From Eledone cirrhosa (taxonomy: Eukaryota): a stretch of 64,000 nt of DNA. Positions 12,006 to 24,224 of the stretch are shown piece by piece (positions within the stretch are counted from its first letter, which is position 1; the number at the start of each line of letters is the position of its first letter). A model generated the notes under the pieces. The model saw nothing but the letters and a program-made list of their open reading frames with translations, was not told the origin of the DNA and ran no database searches. The translations under genes and the position numbers were made by a program. The DNA is taken from contig OZ024740.1 in NCBI GenBank assembly GCA_964016885.1, forward strand, positions 178,560,001-178,624,000, written 5' to 3'.

Positions 12006-13474
12006 CAAGGTGGCGAGCACGATATGACAAAGGAATCTGACAAATGTATCTTAAATATAAAACAATGCGAAAAAATAAGTTTTGCGAATCATTCAATTTT
12101 GCAAATCAATTCATCTAATGAGAAATGCACCCACAATCCTAGAAAATGTCATAGATGCATTATTTACAAAGTCATCTTTACATGAACATGCAGGGTAACC
12201 TATAATGTTGGCACTGCCCTTCTTTAACTTTGTTATAATTCAGTGATAACAGTGATTTAAGGCAAATTTAAACTTTTTAGAAAAATCAAATTTGCACATA
12301 AGGCATAACATTTATATATCAATAAAATCGGTTATGGTAATCAGGAGTTACTTGAAGCCGAACATTAAAAACATGGCAGCTTAAAAAATTGCTTGATTTC
12401 TTTTTATCTAACTTTTTATCAGATTTTGAGTGCATTTCTTAACCGATTATAATTTTACTGAAGAAATGGATGCGAAATAGTTACGGCTACGGTAAAAAAT
12501 GTCTAAGTGTGAAAATCACTTGCATGGATACTGAGATAAAGCTGATTAAAGAGTCAGTAAGTGTTTTTAGGTCGGTCTGTATGTCGAGCCGAAATGCACA
12601 AAAATGGGGCATGGTGGAAATAATCTGAATCTGGATTGAAATTACTCAGATTGACATGAATTTGCTATTTTAGTTTAAGCAATACGTTTGTGCTGGTCAA
12701 GCGCCAATAGTAATTTACTGCATACCTACTTTTGCCCCCTCCCCCCCCCCGGTATATACATGAATCCTAAAACAAACAATCCGTCCATATTTCCTTCAAG
12801 ATAAAAGGAAATTAAAGTAAATTTAGCATTATAAGACCGCAAAATTAATTTAAGTAGAAGGCCTAACCGCCAATGCCATAGCAAAATCAAGCAATTGAAA
12901 TTCAATTAGAATGTAATTTACTTATACTGAAAATAATCCAAACCTTTAATAGGGAAGGTTTAACTTACCAAGTAATGAGGTCGCTGACTTTTTAAAGCTT
13001 TGTAGCAAACAAAGGTAGTACAGTGCAAACGAAGCTACTAAACAAATCGAACCAACAATTGAAATTCAATTTGAATGGCATCTACTTATACTGACAATAA
13101 TCAAAATGTCGAATCGTCTGCAAGTTGTGAAAATGTGTTATCGTCTGCGCGTTCCATAAAAGGGAAATAACTCGTCTCTCATCTCTATTTATACATTTGA
13201 ACTGAAAAATCAATACATTACAAATTCGATGTTTGCACTTGGCGTGGGTCGATTTGAAAATGTTTTTGACCGATGTCTCCGCCGGATCTTCATCTATAAG
13301 TGTAGCAATTTCACCGAAATTTGAACGTACGGTTTAGGAGGAGATGTGTGCCGAGCGTTTTAGTAGACAGACAGACAGGCAGACAGACAACCTCAGTGTT
13401 ATATATATAGATCAGCCTCGGTTTCAATTGTAATAGATTTTGTATTGAAATTCATATCTTACGTCCATGTTAAA

Positions 13475-13547
13475 TTTTCATTCTGATGAGCGATTTCAAA
13501 CGTCTGTGTTGAGCTCGTATATCTTCGTGAAACTTTCGGAAATAAAA
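13475..13547 (+). ncRNA. Degenerate type I hammerhead motif
   Basis: TTTTCATT-CTGATGA(13483-89)-GCGA...TCGT-GAAA(13529-32)-C-TTTC-G-GA-AATAAAA; U16.1 is replaced by G, so probably inactive. Confidence 0.5.
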
Positions 13548-13576
13548 TAATTGTCTTATGATGTTTACTACATAAT

Positions 13577-13726
<150 letters not shown>

Positions 13727-13789
13727 CAAATATAAATTCAGCGAAAATCGTTCTGCGAGATTACTTATCTGAAAACATGTGTTGAAAAA

Positions 13790-13920
13790 GATATTGTTAT
13801 AATGTGGGAGGGTCATGCTGCCAATAAAAACACACGCACCTTTGATTTTCACTTCAATTTATTATAAGTTTCCGGTTTGTTGGTTCGATAACCGGAAGGC
13901 TGTTTATTTATTGTCAAAGC
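13790..13920 (-). repeat. pLTR-like repeat family (also 38045-38245 and 52900-53295)
   Basis: Shared GGGAGGGTCATGCTGCCAATAAAAACACACGCACC...CACTTCAATTTAT; this copy is cut off by (TA)n at the edge of the hammerhead. Confidence 0.8.
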
Positions 13921-13973
13921 TATATATATATATATATATGTGAGAAAAACCACAGACCCTCCATCTCAACTCA

Positions 13974-14011
13974 CCTTTTGAAAAGCAGAAGAACTGCGAA
14001 ACCGGTAAAGG
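13974..14011 (+). ncRNA. Minimal type I hammerhead ribozyme, U3-A8 core
   Basis: CCTT-TTGAAAA-GCAG(AAGAA)CTGC-GAAA-CCGG-TA-AAGG: all stems perfect, palindromic CCGG stem III, GUA triplet. Confidence 0.8.
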
Positions 14012-14142
14012 AACCAAATAAATATATATATTTAAAAAAAAAATAAGACTTCAGTTGCATTTTCGATTTCATCTCTTTTTCTTTATACTTTCACTCGTGT
14101 AGGACACCTCGGTTATTTTTCATTTTGTAAAAAGAACCGCAC

Positions 14143-14231
<89 letters not shown>

Positions 14232-14234
14232 TAG

Positions 14235-14311
<77 letters not shown>

Positions 14312-14348
14312 ATATAAGATAAAAAGATGGTTAAAATAGTTCCAAGTA

Positions 14349-14415
14349 TTTTATTATGCGCATTTCAAAAACAAATATCATCATGGGTTGATATCTGCGT
14401 TCTAATCAGATACAA
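14349..14415 (-). ncRNA. Type I hammerhead in the PLE1 pLTR (G8U mutated)
   Basis: Minus strand TTGTAT-CTGATTA-long stem II-GAAA-TGCGCA-TA-ATAAAA. Confidence 0.65.
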
Positions 14416-15376
14416 TAGGGATACATAATATGAAGCTTAAAAAACACTTGTGAATAGTGAAGTTTTAAAGCAACATATGAAAGATAAATTAAGATTGATG
14501 TATGAGATTGAGAAAAAGTCGGGGGGGGGGAGGTAAGGAAGAGATGAAAGTAAAGAATGTTGGGGGAGGAGTATAAGAGGGAAGGATGAGAGAGGAGGAG
14601 AAATGGGTGATAGAGAGAGAGATAGCCTTTACAACTGAGAAAAAAATATATATTGTCTCACAGAGAGAAATTAAAAAACCGTTGGAAGATAATAGATAAT
14701 TTAAAAGAAATTGAAATTAAAAGTTAATGAGGTTTATGCATGAAGAGAAAAAGGAATTAAGAATAATGTTAAATTATGGTTTGTATATTGAAGGGTTTAA
14801 AAATATGTGCGAGGAAAGAAATTATTAATATGTATTATTAAAATAAAAATAGTAATGTTATTAAGGATATATTGTGAAAAGAAGGAGAAGAATGAATTAG
14901 TTATGAATTTAGAGGAGTTAGTTAGGGTTTAAGTTTGTTTTTATGTATTGTAATATGTAAAAGTTAAACGAGCATGAAAGGATGGAGGAAATAAGGGAAA
15001 TTTAAGGAAGAAAAAATCTAACGTAAAAAAATTATGTTTACGAAAGACTTCTAATGGTAATACTATAATGTATTAAAACAATTATAATTGTTATGGCCAA
15101 TGATATGAGGAAAGATGGAAGAATGGATAAGGTTTTGGTGAGTAATAATAAGAATTGAGAAGTAGTTACGAAGAAAAGGTAGGGATTAGAGTTTAGAAAT
15201 TAAAAAGAAAAGAGGAAGAAAGGAGAATGATAAAGAGGAATGATATGGAATGAGTAAATTGTATTATATAATATATAATAAATAATATTGAAATAAGGTA
15301 GAAAGATAGGTATATTTGTAAACGATATATATAAGCCTTTGAGAAAAAGGATTTTAAACTAGTAAGTTATTAGATA

Positions 15377-16930
15377 TTAGCTGTATACTTTATGGAATGT
15401 TATGTGGAATTTATGCAAGCAGAGAGAAAATAAATCCGTGCGTCTATTTACTATAGAATTGAAATTAGATATAATGGTAAATTTCTCAGCTAGGCAAAGA
15501 TTACATGTTCTGCATAGGGAGGCATTCAAGTAGGGAACAAACTTTTCTCCAAGAAAAATTATAGTTAATATTTTTGTCTTTCAAGGACCATATGAGTTCC
15601 GAGGGTGCCGTGTTAGTTCTTTTAAGTTGCTATCTAAAAGACGAATTGTGATTATAAAATCTAGCTTTGAAGGAGGTGGAGGTGGAACCGAAATAGTTAA
15701 AGGAATTGGTATCAGTTATAACCTTACATTCATAGACTAAGCTTTTATCAAGACAATGGTTATTAAGAGGACATTTAGTTCTAACAGGGCAATTACAATC
15801 ACGATTAGAGAAATTAACGGAGTTATTAACAAGTGACCTAGTGTTATTTATAGGAGGAATTGGATTGGAGAAGTTATTTACGATAGGAATAATAGTTTCC
15901 TGATTTGATTGGTATTAAGAAAATTCAACGAAGTTACGTTTGACGTCGTATTTAAGTTTACAAAATCTAGCCTAGAGTTAACAATGACGTCGGGAGTATT
16001 ACTGCTATTATTATGACACTCAGTGTTGGAAGGATGTGATTTAATATTTAATATTTTATTGTTGTGTTTAGAGATAATGTTAGAGATGTTGGAATAGGTG
16101 GAATAAGAAAATGTTATTGTATGTTTGTTAAAGATTTTACTATATATATAAGTGAGGGACGGAAGCATTTATCTAAGGCCCTAAAGAATAGTTTAGGAAT
16201 ATTATTATTAATAGAAATAGAAAAAGGAGCATTATACCAGATTATATTTTTGTATCTAGATCTTTTATTTAAGTTATTGGAATGATCATAATTAATTATT
16301 TTACTGTAAGACCTTCTAGGATTGGGTTCTTTACTGTATTTAATTTTATCAGGATAACCGGCTTTAGAAAGCCCATTATTATAGTAATTGGCGTTAGCAT
16401 CGAAGATATTTTTTTATTAGAGGATAGGTTTGATATTCTTTTTCCAATATTACTGACTATAGCATTTTTAATGTTAGTGGGGTGGTTAGATTTAAAATTA
16501 ACATAATTTAGATTCTCATTGTTTTTATGGTAAGGGTAATATAGGCCAGTGTCAAGATTAAGGGATATATCCAAGAAGTTAGCTAGTTTGACGTTGTTAT
16601 CAAATTCAATTTTAAGGTTATGTTGTTTAAAGAGATCATGTATATTGTTCTTAATAATATTAAGGTTAACTAAGTTGAAATATAAGATAGTAAAAAGTCC
16701 ATCGTAACGATAAATTCCACCACGAAGTTGAGGAATTTTCTGATTTAAAGAATTCAAAATAAAAATACCAATCAAATCAGTCAATTACGATGTATCGGAA
16801 GCACCCATTGTGATATCAAATTTGTTGGAAGTATCGGTTCTTGTCCAGTATTCATTGTTGAATTCTAAGATGGTATTTCTTTCGGTGAGAATGATGTAAA
16901 GTTCATATGTGGTGATGTCAGAATATTTAA
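15377..16930 (-). pseudogene. PLE reverse transcriptase + GIY-YIG endonuclease remnant
   Basis: FDITMGASD, GIYRYDGL (YRDD motif), NFLDISLNL, SNHP, CPLNNHCLDKSLVYECKV..YFGSTSTSFKARFYNH, CNLCLAEK. Confidence 0.88.
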
Positions 16931-17515
16931 ATTTTTGTTTGTTTGCTCATTTTTAAACAAGCTATTACGTACACATATTACAATACATAAAAACAAACTT
17001 AAACTCCTCTAAATTCATAACTGATTCAATCTTCTCCTTCTTTTCACAATATATCCTTAATAATATTAATATTTTTATTTTAATAATACATATATAATTT
17101 CTTTTCCTCGCACATATTATTAAACCCTTCAATATACAAACCTTAATTTAATATTATTCTTAATTCCTTTTTCTCTTCATGCATAAACCTCATTAACTTT
17201 TAATTTCAAATTCTTTTAAATTATCTATTATCTTCCAACGGCTTTTTAATTTCTCTCTGTGAGACAATATCTATTTTTTTCTCAGTTGTAAAGGCTATCT
17301 CTCTCTCTCTATCACCCATCTCTCCTCCTCTCTCATCATTCCTTCTTATACTTCTCCCCCACCATTCTTTACTCTCATCTCTTCCTCTTCCTTACCTTTT
17401 CCAACCCCCTCACTTTTTCCCAATCTCATACATCAATCTTAATTTATTTTTCATATGTTGATTTAAAACTTCACTATTCACAAGTGTTTTTTAAGCGTCA
17501 TATCATGTATCACTA

Positions 17516-17582
17516 TTTTATCTGATGAGAACGCAGATATCATCCCATGATGATATTTGTTTTTGAAATGCGCATAATAAAA
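17516..17582 (+). ncRNA. Type I hammerhead in the inverted PLE1 pLTR
   Basis: TTTTAT-CTGATGA-GAACGCAGATATCATC(CCAT)GATGATATTTGTTTTT-GAAA-T(GCGC)A-TA-ATAAAA; canonical core and palindromic tetraloop. Confidence 0.85.
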
Positions 17583-17728
17583 CACTTGGAACTCTTTTAA
17601 CCATCATTTGATCTTATATTATTTATACTCCAGTCCTACACACTGTAGAGTGCTACTTATCCGATATTTGCATTGCTTTATTGTGATACAATAAAACTCA
17701 CCTCCTACATCATATATATATATATATA

Positions 17729-17914
<186 letters not shown>

Positions 17915-18037
17915 GGAGGTGAGTTTTATTGTAGTACAATAAAGCAATGCAGATATCGGATGAGAAGCACTCTACAGTTTGTAGGACTGGAGTATACATA
18001 ATATAAGATCAAAAGATGGTTAAAGGAGTTCCATGTA

Positions 18038-18104
18038 TTTTATTATGCGCATTTCAAAAACAAACATCATCATGCAATAATATTTGTGTTTTCATCAGAT
18101 AAAA
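18038..18104 (-). ncRNA. Type I hammerhead (PLE1 family)
   Basis: Minus strand TTTTAT-CTGATGA-stem II-GAAA-TGCGCA-TA-ATAAAA. Confidence 0.8.
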
Positions 18105-18192
18105 CAGGAGAACATGATATGAAGCCTAAAAAATATGTTGATTTAAAACTGCACTATCCACAAGTGTTTTTTAGCCTTCATATCATGTTCTG

Positions 18193-18259
18193 TTTTATCT
18201 GATGAAAACACAAATATTATTGCATGATGATGTTTGTTTTTGAAATGCGCATAATAAAA
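18193..18259 (+). ncRNA. Type I hammerhead (PLE1 family)
   Basis: TTTTAT-CTGATGA(18199-205)-stem II-GAAA(18242-45)-TGCGCA-TA-ATAAAA. Confidence 0.8.
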
Positions 18260-18291
18260 TACATGGAACTCCTTTAACCATCTTTTGATCT

Positions 18292-18468
<177 letters not shown>

Positions 18469-20062
18469 TATATACATATATATTTATATGAAATATGTCA
18501 AAAGTGTTAGTGTTGTGGAAAATGGATTTAGTTACGGTTCTTTACATTATAATTTCAAGTCCCACCGAGGTCACCTTTGCCTTTTGTTATTCTGGAGTGT
18601 ATAACATGATGACCCAGTTAAGTTCATGTAAACGATTGTGTACGTCCCTTAAAAATTGTTACCTCCGCGCCTAAACAAAAATCCCATACTTGATCTAGAT
18701 GCTTCTCAAGATTAAGTGACACCAAGTTTCAACAAAGTACGAATAAATACTTTCATATATTGAGTGCTTTATTCATAAATAAAGTACGTGTCTAGAGTGT
18801 TTGTTTGGTAGAATTGGTAGAACGTTGATCAAAATGCTTTGCCATATTTCGCCTGGCCTATTGCGTTCTTAAAATCGAGACAAACGTGCAATTTTTTATT
18901 ATCTGCAGGCTCTCTTCACTTACTGTATATCTACCTCATCAAATAATCTATCCTTTATATGCATAGCCATATTCTCAGTATGACTAAGTATATTTGAATA
19001 CACATACTCAATGGTTTACATTATGTGCTGTTTGGCGAGTAATGTAAATGCACAAGTTTTATTGATTATAATGAAAGTAACCTAGTCGATGACAGTAATA
19101 TCGTTGCTATATAAGACATTTTAAGTACAATCGTGAAAGCAACTTCTTTGGAGATACACATGTGCATTTCTTGTATCTCCTTCATGTATTTATGAACGAA
19201 ACTACTAAAGCTATTCAAATCATTTTAAGTATCTTTCTTTAGTATGCATACACAATCTGAGAGTGTTATCTCCCTATATCATTTTAATAATCATTTACTT
19301 TAGTGTTAACATGCAAGAGAATGCACCATCAGATTTTGACAGCGATAGATTGCATTGCCAACATATAAATATGAAGATACACAGCTTTAAGACTTTACTG
19401 AAGCAGTCAATATGTCTCTATATAGGCAGTGGTAGATTTGATATTTAGCAATGCTTGAAAGATCTGGAACAATTCCGCTTTTACTATCCTAACGAGAAGC
19501 AAGATAAAATGGCTGCAGATAGGAATATTCACAGAGTTGTATTTGCCAACAAATATATCATTAGCCATATTTTATTTGTCAGAAACAATCACGCGATACC
19601 GTTCTTTAAATCATATGTATAGAATATATGATCAGGTGGGGGTGGGAGACGTCTTATATTAAGAGAGTATATAAGATGAAACGAAATATGCGTATGTATG
19701 CATGTGTGTATATATGCATGCATGTATATACGTACATATTCATGCATGTATGTGTGTAGATGTATGCATATGTGTATGTATTTAAGTATGTATGTATGTA
19801 TGTATATATATGTATATGTGAATGTATGTGTGTATGTAAGACTGTATGTGACGGGGGAGAGCAAATGCTGGAGATAGATAAGAATAGAAAGATATTTAGG
19901 GAGAATGCGGACGAAAGTAGAAATATAAGCTAAGATTATGCCTCATAAAACCAAGATTAGAACCGCTGTGAATTAAAGTGATGTAAACTGGATGCATTAT
20001 GTATGTAATAGAAGAGGGAGAAAAAGAAGAATGAGAGGAAAGAGTAGTATTAGTAGTAGTAT

Positions 20063-20134
<72 letters not shown>

Positions 20135-20592
20135 AAGTTTATGAGTATATAGAGTATATAGAAGAAGAAGAAAGTGATGATATGGAGGAGGAGGAGGAAG
20201 AGGAGACGAAGAAGCCACTTTACATTATAAACATCAAAACAAGACAACATGCTCAAATTATTTTCAATCTTACATTGTCACAAAATGGTTCGGTGTGTCA
20301 GCGAATTATGTCCTGATAGAGGGACAGAAATGGAGCAGACGGTAGCTGAATGTAAAGGGTATGAGACTATCAAATTGTCCAATGTTTCGTTGTATTAAAG
20401 GCAATGGGATACGATTTGAAGTAGATTTGGCTACTGTTTATATATAGTTGGGGAAGCAAGCACGTGGATAGTCTTGCGTTGCCTGGTATTTATTACCAAC
20501 AGCAAAGCAACCGAAATATTAATGCCAACAATAATAATAGCAACAACAGCAGTAGCATTAGCGTAGTAGTAGTAATAATAAAAATAATAAGC

Positions 20593-20628
<36 letters not shown>

Positions 20629-20635
20629 AAAATAA

Positions 20636-20696
<61 letters not shown>

Positions 20697-20830
20697 TGTA
20701 GTAGCATCAGCAGCTTCTGTTTTTATATAGACCATGGCCAGTTCTCAAAAGATATTCTACATCTGATGAGGTATTGTGCAAAGAAACTACGTATATTACA
20801 TTGTGTAGTCAGTTCTCATTAGAAACGGTA

Positions 20831-21188
20831 GAGTGGGATTCGCAGGAAGATTTGGCTTTTTTTCTCGGGGAGATTGAGTGACTGCTAAATTTTCTTGTTG
20901 CCTCAGCGGCGGCCATATTATTTTGTATTGTTAGGTATTAATTGCAAATGTTTTTCTTTCTGTTTGCTTTTTTAAATTTCATATTTACGAAACTATTTAT
21001 GTGATGGTGAGTGGGATTCACAGGAAGACTTGGCTTTTTTTTCGGGGAGATGGAGTGACTGCTAAATTTTCTTGTTGCCTCAACGGCGGCCATATTATTT
21101 TGTATGGTTAGGTATTAATTGCATATGTTTTTCTTTCTGTTTGCCTTTTTAAATTTCATATTTACGAGGCTATTTATGTGATGGTGAT
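20831..21188. repeat. Tandem duplication, two units of about 178 bp
   Basis: GAGTGGGATTC..GTGATGGT at 20831 and again at 21009. Confidence 0.9.
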
Positions 21189-21956
21189 TCGATTATTTCT
21201 GTAGTACGTTTTTATTTATCAATTAATATATTTCTTTATTTATATATTTAATTATAGTTATAACTATTCCATTGTTTCGCCTTTTATTGAATAACCTGAA
21301 ATTTCTTATCACTATTCTTTCACACAGCTTCATCAAACAGCTATTGCAAGTCTTATCAGGTATTAAATTCTTGAAAATGTTTATTTTCAGAGCAGACGTG
21401 AAAAAGAGGAAAAATAATATAATGAAAGTTTTAAACGTTTTCTCTTTCACCGTCTTCAAAGATATACTTATCACCTTACTATTTATTTTCTCTTCTTTCC
21501 TTTACCCTTCCTTCTACATCTATTTCTTCCTTTCCATCTCTTGACTGGTATCTTTCTTTCTTTCGTTATTCTTTCATATTCACTTCAGGTCGAAAAGAAT
21601 TGATTTTTACACTGGAATATAATATAAGTTAGTGGAATATATTCAGAGAAGACTTATTAATAACTAGTGTAATCTACTACGATTAAATAGAAAGCTTATT
21701 ATAGGGAAAAGTGTGATATTTATCACTGGAACAACAATGGGGTACAATTAATATTGGAGACGAAAATCATCAACTTTTTATGAAGTCTAGTGTTATCAAA
21801 AGTTTTATTTATATTTCTCATTTTTTTTCACTGAAATTTAATCGATGTATGTATGTATGTATGTATGTATGTATGTATGTATGTATGTATGTATGTATGT
21901 ATGTATGTATGTATGTATGTATGTATGTATGTATGTCTGTTTGTTTGTATGTATGT

Positions 21957-22362
21957 ACGGCCATCCAAAATGGTGTGTATGTATATATATACAGTATATA
22001 TATGCATGTATGTATGTGTATGCGCAGCGACATAGTGATAATAGGGCCGGATACCCTATCGCGTTTTTAAACCACTGGGAGTGAAGGACCCCTTAGCCTT
22101 TGTCAGGGTATTCTTCTAAGAGAAGGAAACTCAGGAAACTGGGATATACCTGCGGCTCAGTAGTTACCGATGATGTTGATCTTTTCTGCTTTTCGGGTTA
22201 TAGATACTGTCGCTCAGAGAGTGGGATTGGCTCAGTGCACAGTCTTTCCTCATTTAGAAAAAACACTTCATGCAAAGGTTAGCACGATAGCATTAATTAA
22301 TAAGTATTAATAATGGTATATCGTGCAATGGCCATACTCGATAACGAGGAGGCAGCCATCAT
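21957..22362 (+). mobile_element. Non-coding retroposon with RTE-like 5' UTR motif and (TATG)n tail
   Basis: Homologous to 26665-27245 on the minus strand; GAGAAGGAAACTC motif; 3' stem-loop GGCCATACTCG-ATAA-CGAGGAGGCAGCC followed by (TATG)n. Confidence 0.6.
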
Positions 22363-22568
22363 GTATGTATGTACGTTTGTATGTATGTATGTATGTATGT
22401 ATGTATGTATGTATGTATGTATGTATGTATGTATGTTTGTTTGGTTGTATGTTTGTTTGCAAAATATGAATATTTAAAGGGGGATAGTGACAACGACGGA
22501 AAAAATAAGTTCACCCACACAACCTCACCCACACACAGAAAGATAGATATAAGCGTATATAATTTATA

Positions 22569-22633
<65 letters not shown>

Positions 22634-22760
22634 CTGATGGTAGCTAAAGTGCTTCCATAGGCGGTATGCCGGTTGAGCACTCTATGCTCTTACAGAGCAG
22701 AGTATGATATAATATAAAACGAAAAATCAGTGATGCATCTGAACTCAATTTATTGCGTGC

Positions 22761-22818
<58 letters not shown>

Positions 22819-22971
22819 TTGGTGCTCTGAAATAGCCATATATATATGAATGTATATATAGTGTATTTTGCAATACACTTTATGCTTAATTAAAAGCATT
22901 TTGAAGACCGTATGCTATTGTTTTAGAGTAGTAACAGACTCACTTTAATTTCAGCAAACAGGGGGAGATAA

Positions 22972-23017
22972 AGCTGACAAGGCCTTGTTTCTGCATTTAT
23001 TGATGCTTATCAAAGCC
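22972..23017 (-). ncRNA. Type I hammerhead, U3-A8 core
   Basis: Minus strand GGCT-TTGATAA-GCAT(CAATAA)ATGC-A-GAAA-CAAGGCCTTG-TC-AGCT; palindromic stem III, GUC triplet, one extra A before GAAA. Confidence 0.7.
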
Positions 23018-23237
23018 AATAGCATACGGTCTTCAAAATGCTTTTAATTAAGCATAAAGTGTATTGCAAAATACACTATATATACATTCATATATATATG
23101 GCTATTTCAGAGCACCAATTCTAATTTCTTAATTTCTGCTTGACCGGCAACCGCTCTGTATAATCAGTTCCTGATTATTTACTAGAATTCTATAAGAACA
23201 TAACATCCGTAAATACAGCAGACGGGAGGGAGTAGTT

Positions 23238-23283
23238 GGGTTTGATAAGCATCAATAAATGCAGAAACAAGGCCTTGTCAGCT
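23238..23283 (+). ncRNA. Type I hammerhead, U3-A8 core
   Basis: Same as 22972-23017 but with one G.G mismatch in stem I. Confidence 0.62.
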
Positions 23284-23439
23284 TTATCTCCCCCTGTTTG
23301 CTGAGATTAAAGTAAGTGAGCCTGTCACTACTCTAAAACAATAGCATATGGTCTTCAAAATGCTTTTAATTAAGCATAAAGTGTATTGCAAAATACACTA
23401 TATATACATTCATATATATATATATATATATACATATAT

Positions 23440-23870
23440 ATAAAGAAATACACAGATACATGCGAATACATACATATACATGCATATACGCACATATATC
23501 CCTGAATTTGTGTGGTGCCAACCTTCTAGCCCTCCTTAGCCACCTCGTCTGTAGCCTAGATATTAATACCCCCCCCCCCCCACGTCATTCTGGTATTTTT
23601 CTCTTGGTTGTAAGAGGCTTAACTCTGTTTCTTGACCGCTGTATCACGTGATAAGATCCCCCTCCGCCTTTCCGGGTTCTCTCTCGCGCCTTGCAGACGT
23701 ATTTTGAAACATTAAATGAGGTATTCTCTTGATAAGTTGGCAAACCTCACAGAAATACTGCATCTCTATGATGTAATGTTTTTGCACGAAACCGGGCAGT
23801 CGAGAATGTAGAGGAATATTGGGTATTTATATTTTTTCATTTATATCTAATGTTTCTTCTTTCTTTATAA
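23440..23870 (+). mobile_element. pLTR/retrozyme-like unit of the 37032-37893 family
   Basis: Colinear, diverged similarity to 37032-37129 and 37560-37893; (TA)n flank. Confidence 0.75.
23723..23807 (+). ncRNA. Type I hammerhead, U3-A8 core, long stem II
   Basis: ATTCTC-TTGATAA-GTTGGCAAAC...GTTTTTGCAC-GAAA-C(CGGGCA)G-TC-GAGAAT. Confidence 0.7.
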
Positions 23871-23893
23871 TGTATATATACCCCCCCCCCCAT

Positions 23894-23946
<53 letters not shown>

Positions 23947-24224
23947 GACACACACGCACGCACACACATATATACATGGATATATATATATATCATAATT
24001 ATTCATATATACATTTCTGTATAAAATACATGAAATACATAAAATACATAAAATACATAGATATATGAATATATCCCAAAATATGCGTATATAAATTTTA
24101 CTTCATATATACATGGATCTATATATGTCAATTTACCAGTATTCTTAATACAACCACATACAGATGTAATCTTACACACACGCAAGTACGCATGTATTTG
24201 TATATATATATATATATATATAGT

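Larger units (their letters stand above)
5845..13411 (-). mobile_element. Helitron 2, full length, decayed
   Basis: 3' CTAG at 5845-5848 with an imperfect GC hairpin AGCCCGGCG-TTT-CTCGGGGCT(5855-5875); 5' end TCTATATATATAACACTGAGGTTGTCTGTCTG at 13411; A|T target. Confidence 0.92.
14310..17710 (-). mobile_element. Penelope-like element 1 (Neptune-like), 5'-truncated, with inverted pseudo-LTR
   Basis: Decayed RT and GIY-YIG; the 3' region about 14310-14958 is repeated in inverted orientation at about 16970-17620; hammerheads in both arms; (TA)n on both flanks. Confidence 0.88.
22812..23415. mobile_element. Retrozyme/pLTR-like unit: inverted copy plus 322-bp partial tandem repeat, with hammerheads
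   Basis: 22812-23017 is an inverted copy; CAATAGCATAYGGTCTTC recurs at 23017 and 23339 (period 322); (TA)n flanks; no ORF. Confidence 0.8.

Noticed and set aside
17950-18000. CGGATGA in the PLE1 pLTR extension
   Set aside because: No downstream GAAA or stem I partner.
20755-20815. CTGATGA...GAAA-CTAC..GTAG-TC hammerhead candidate
   Set aside because: Core and stem III are plausible, but stems I and II do not pair.
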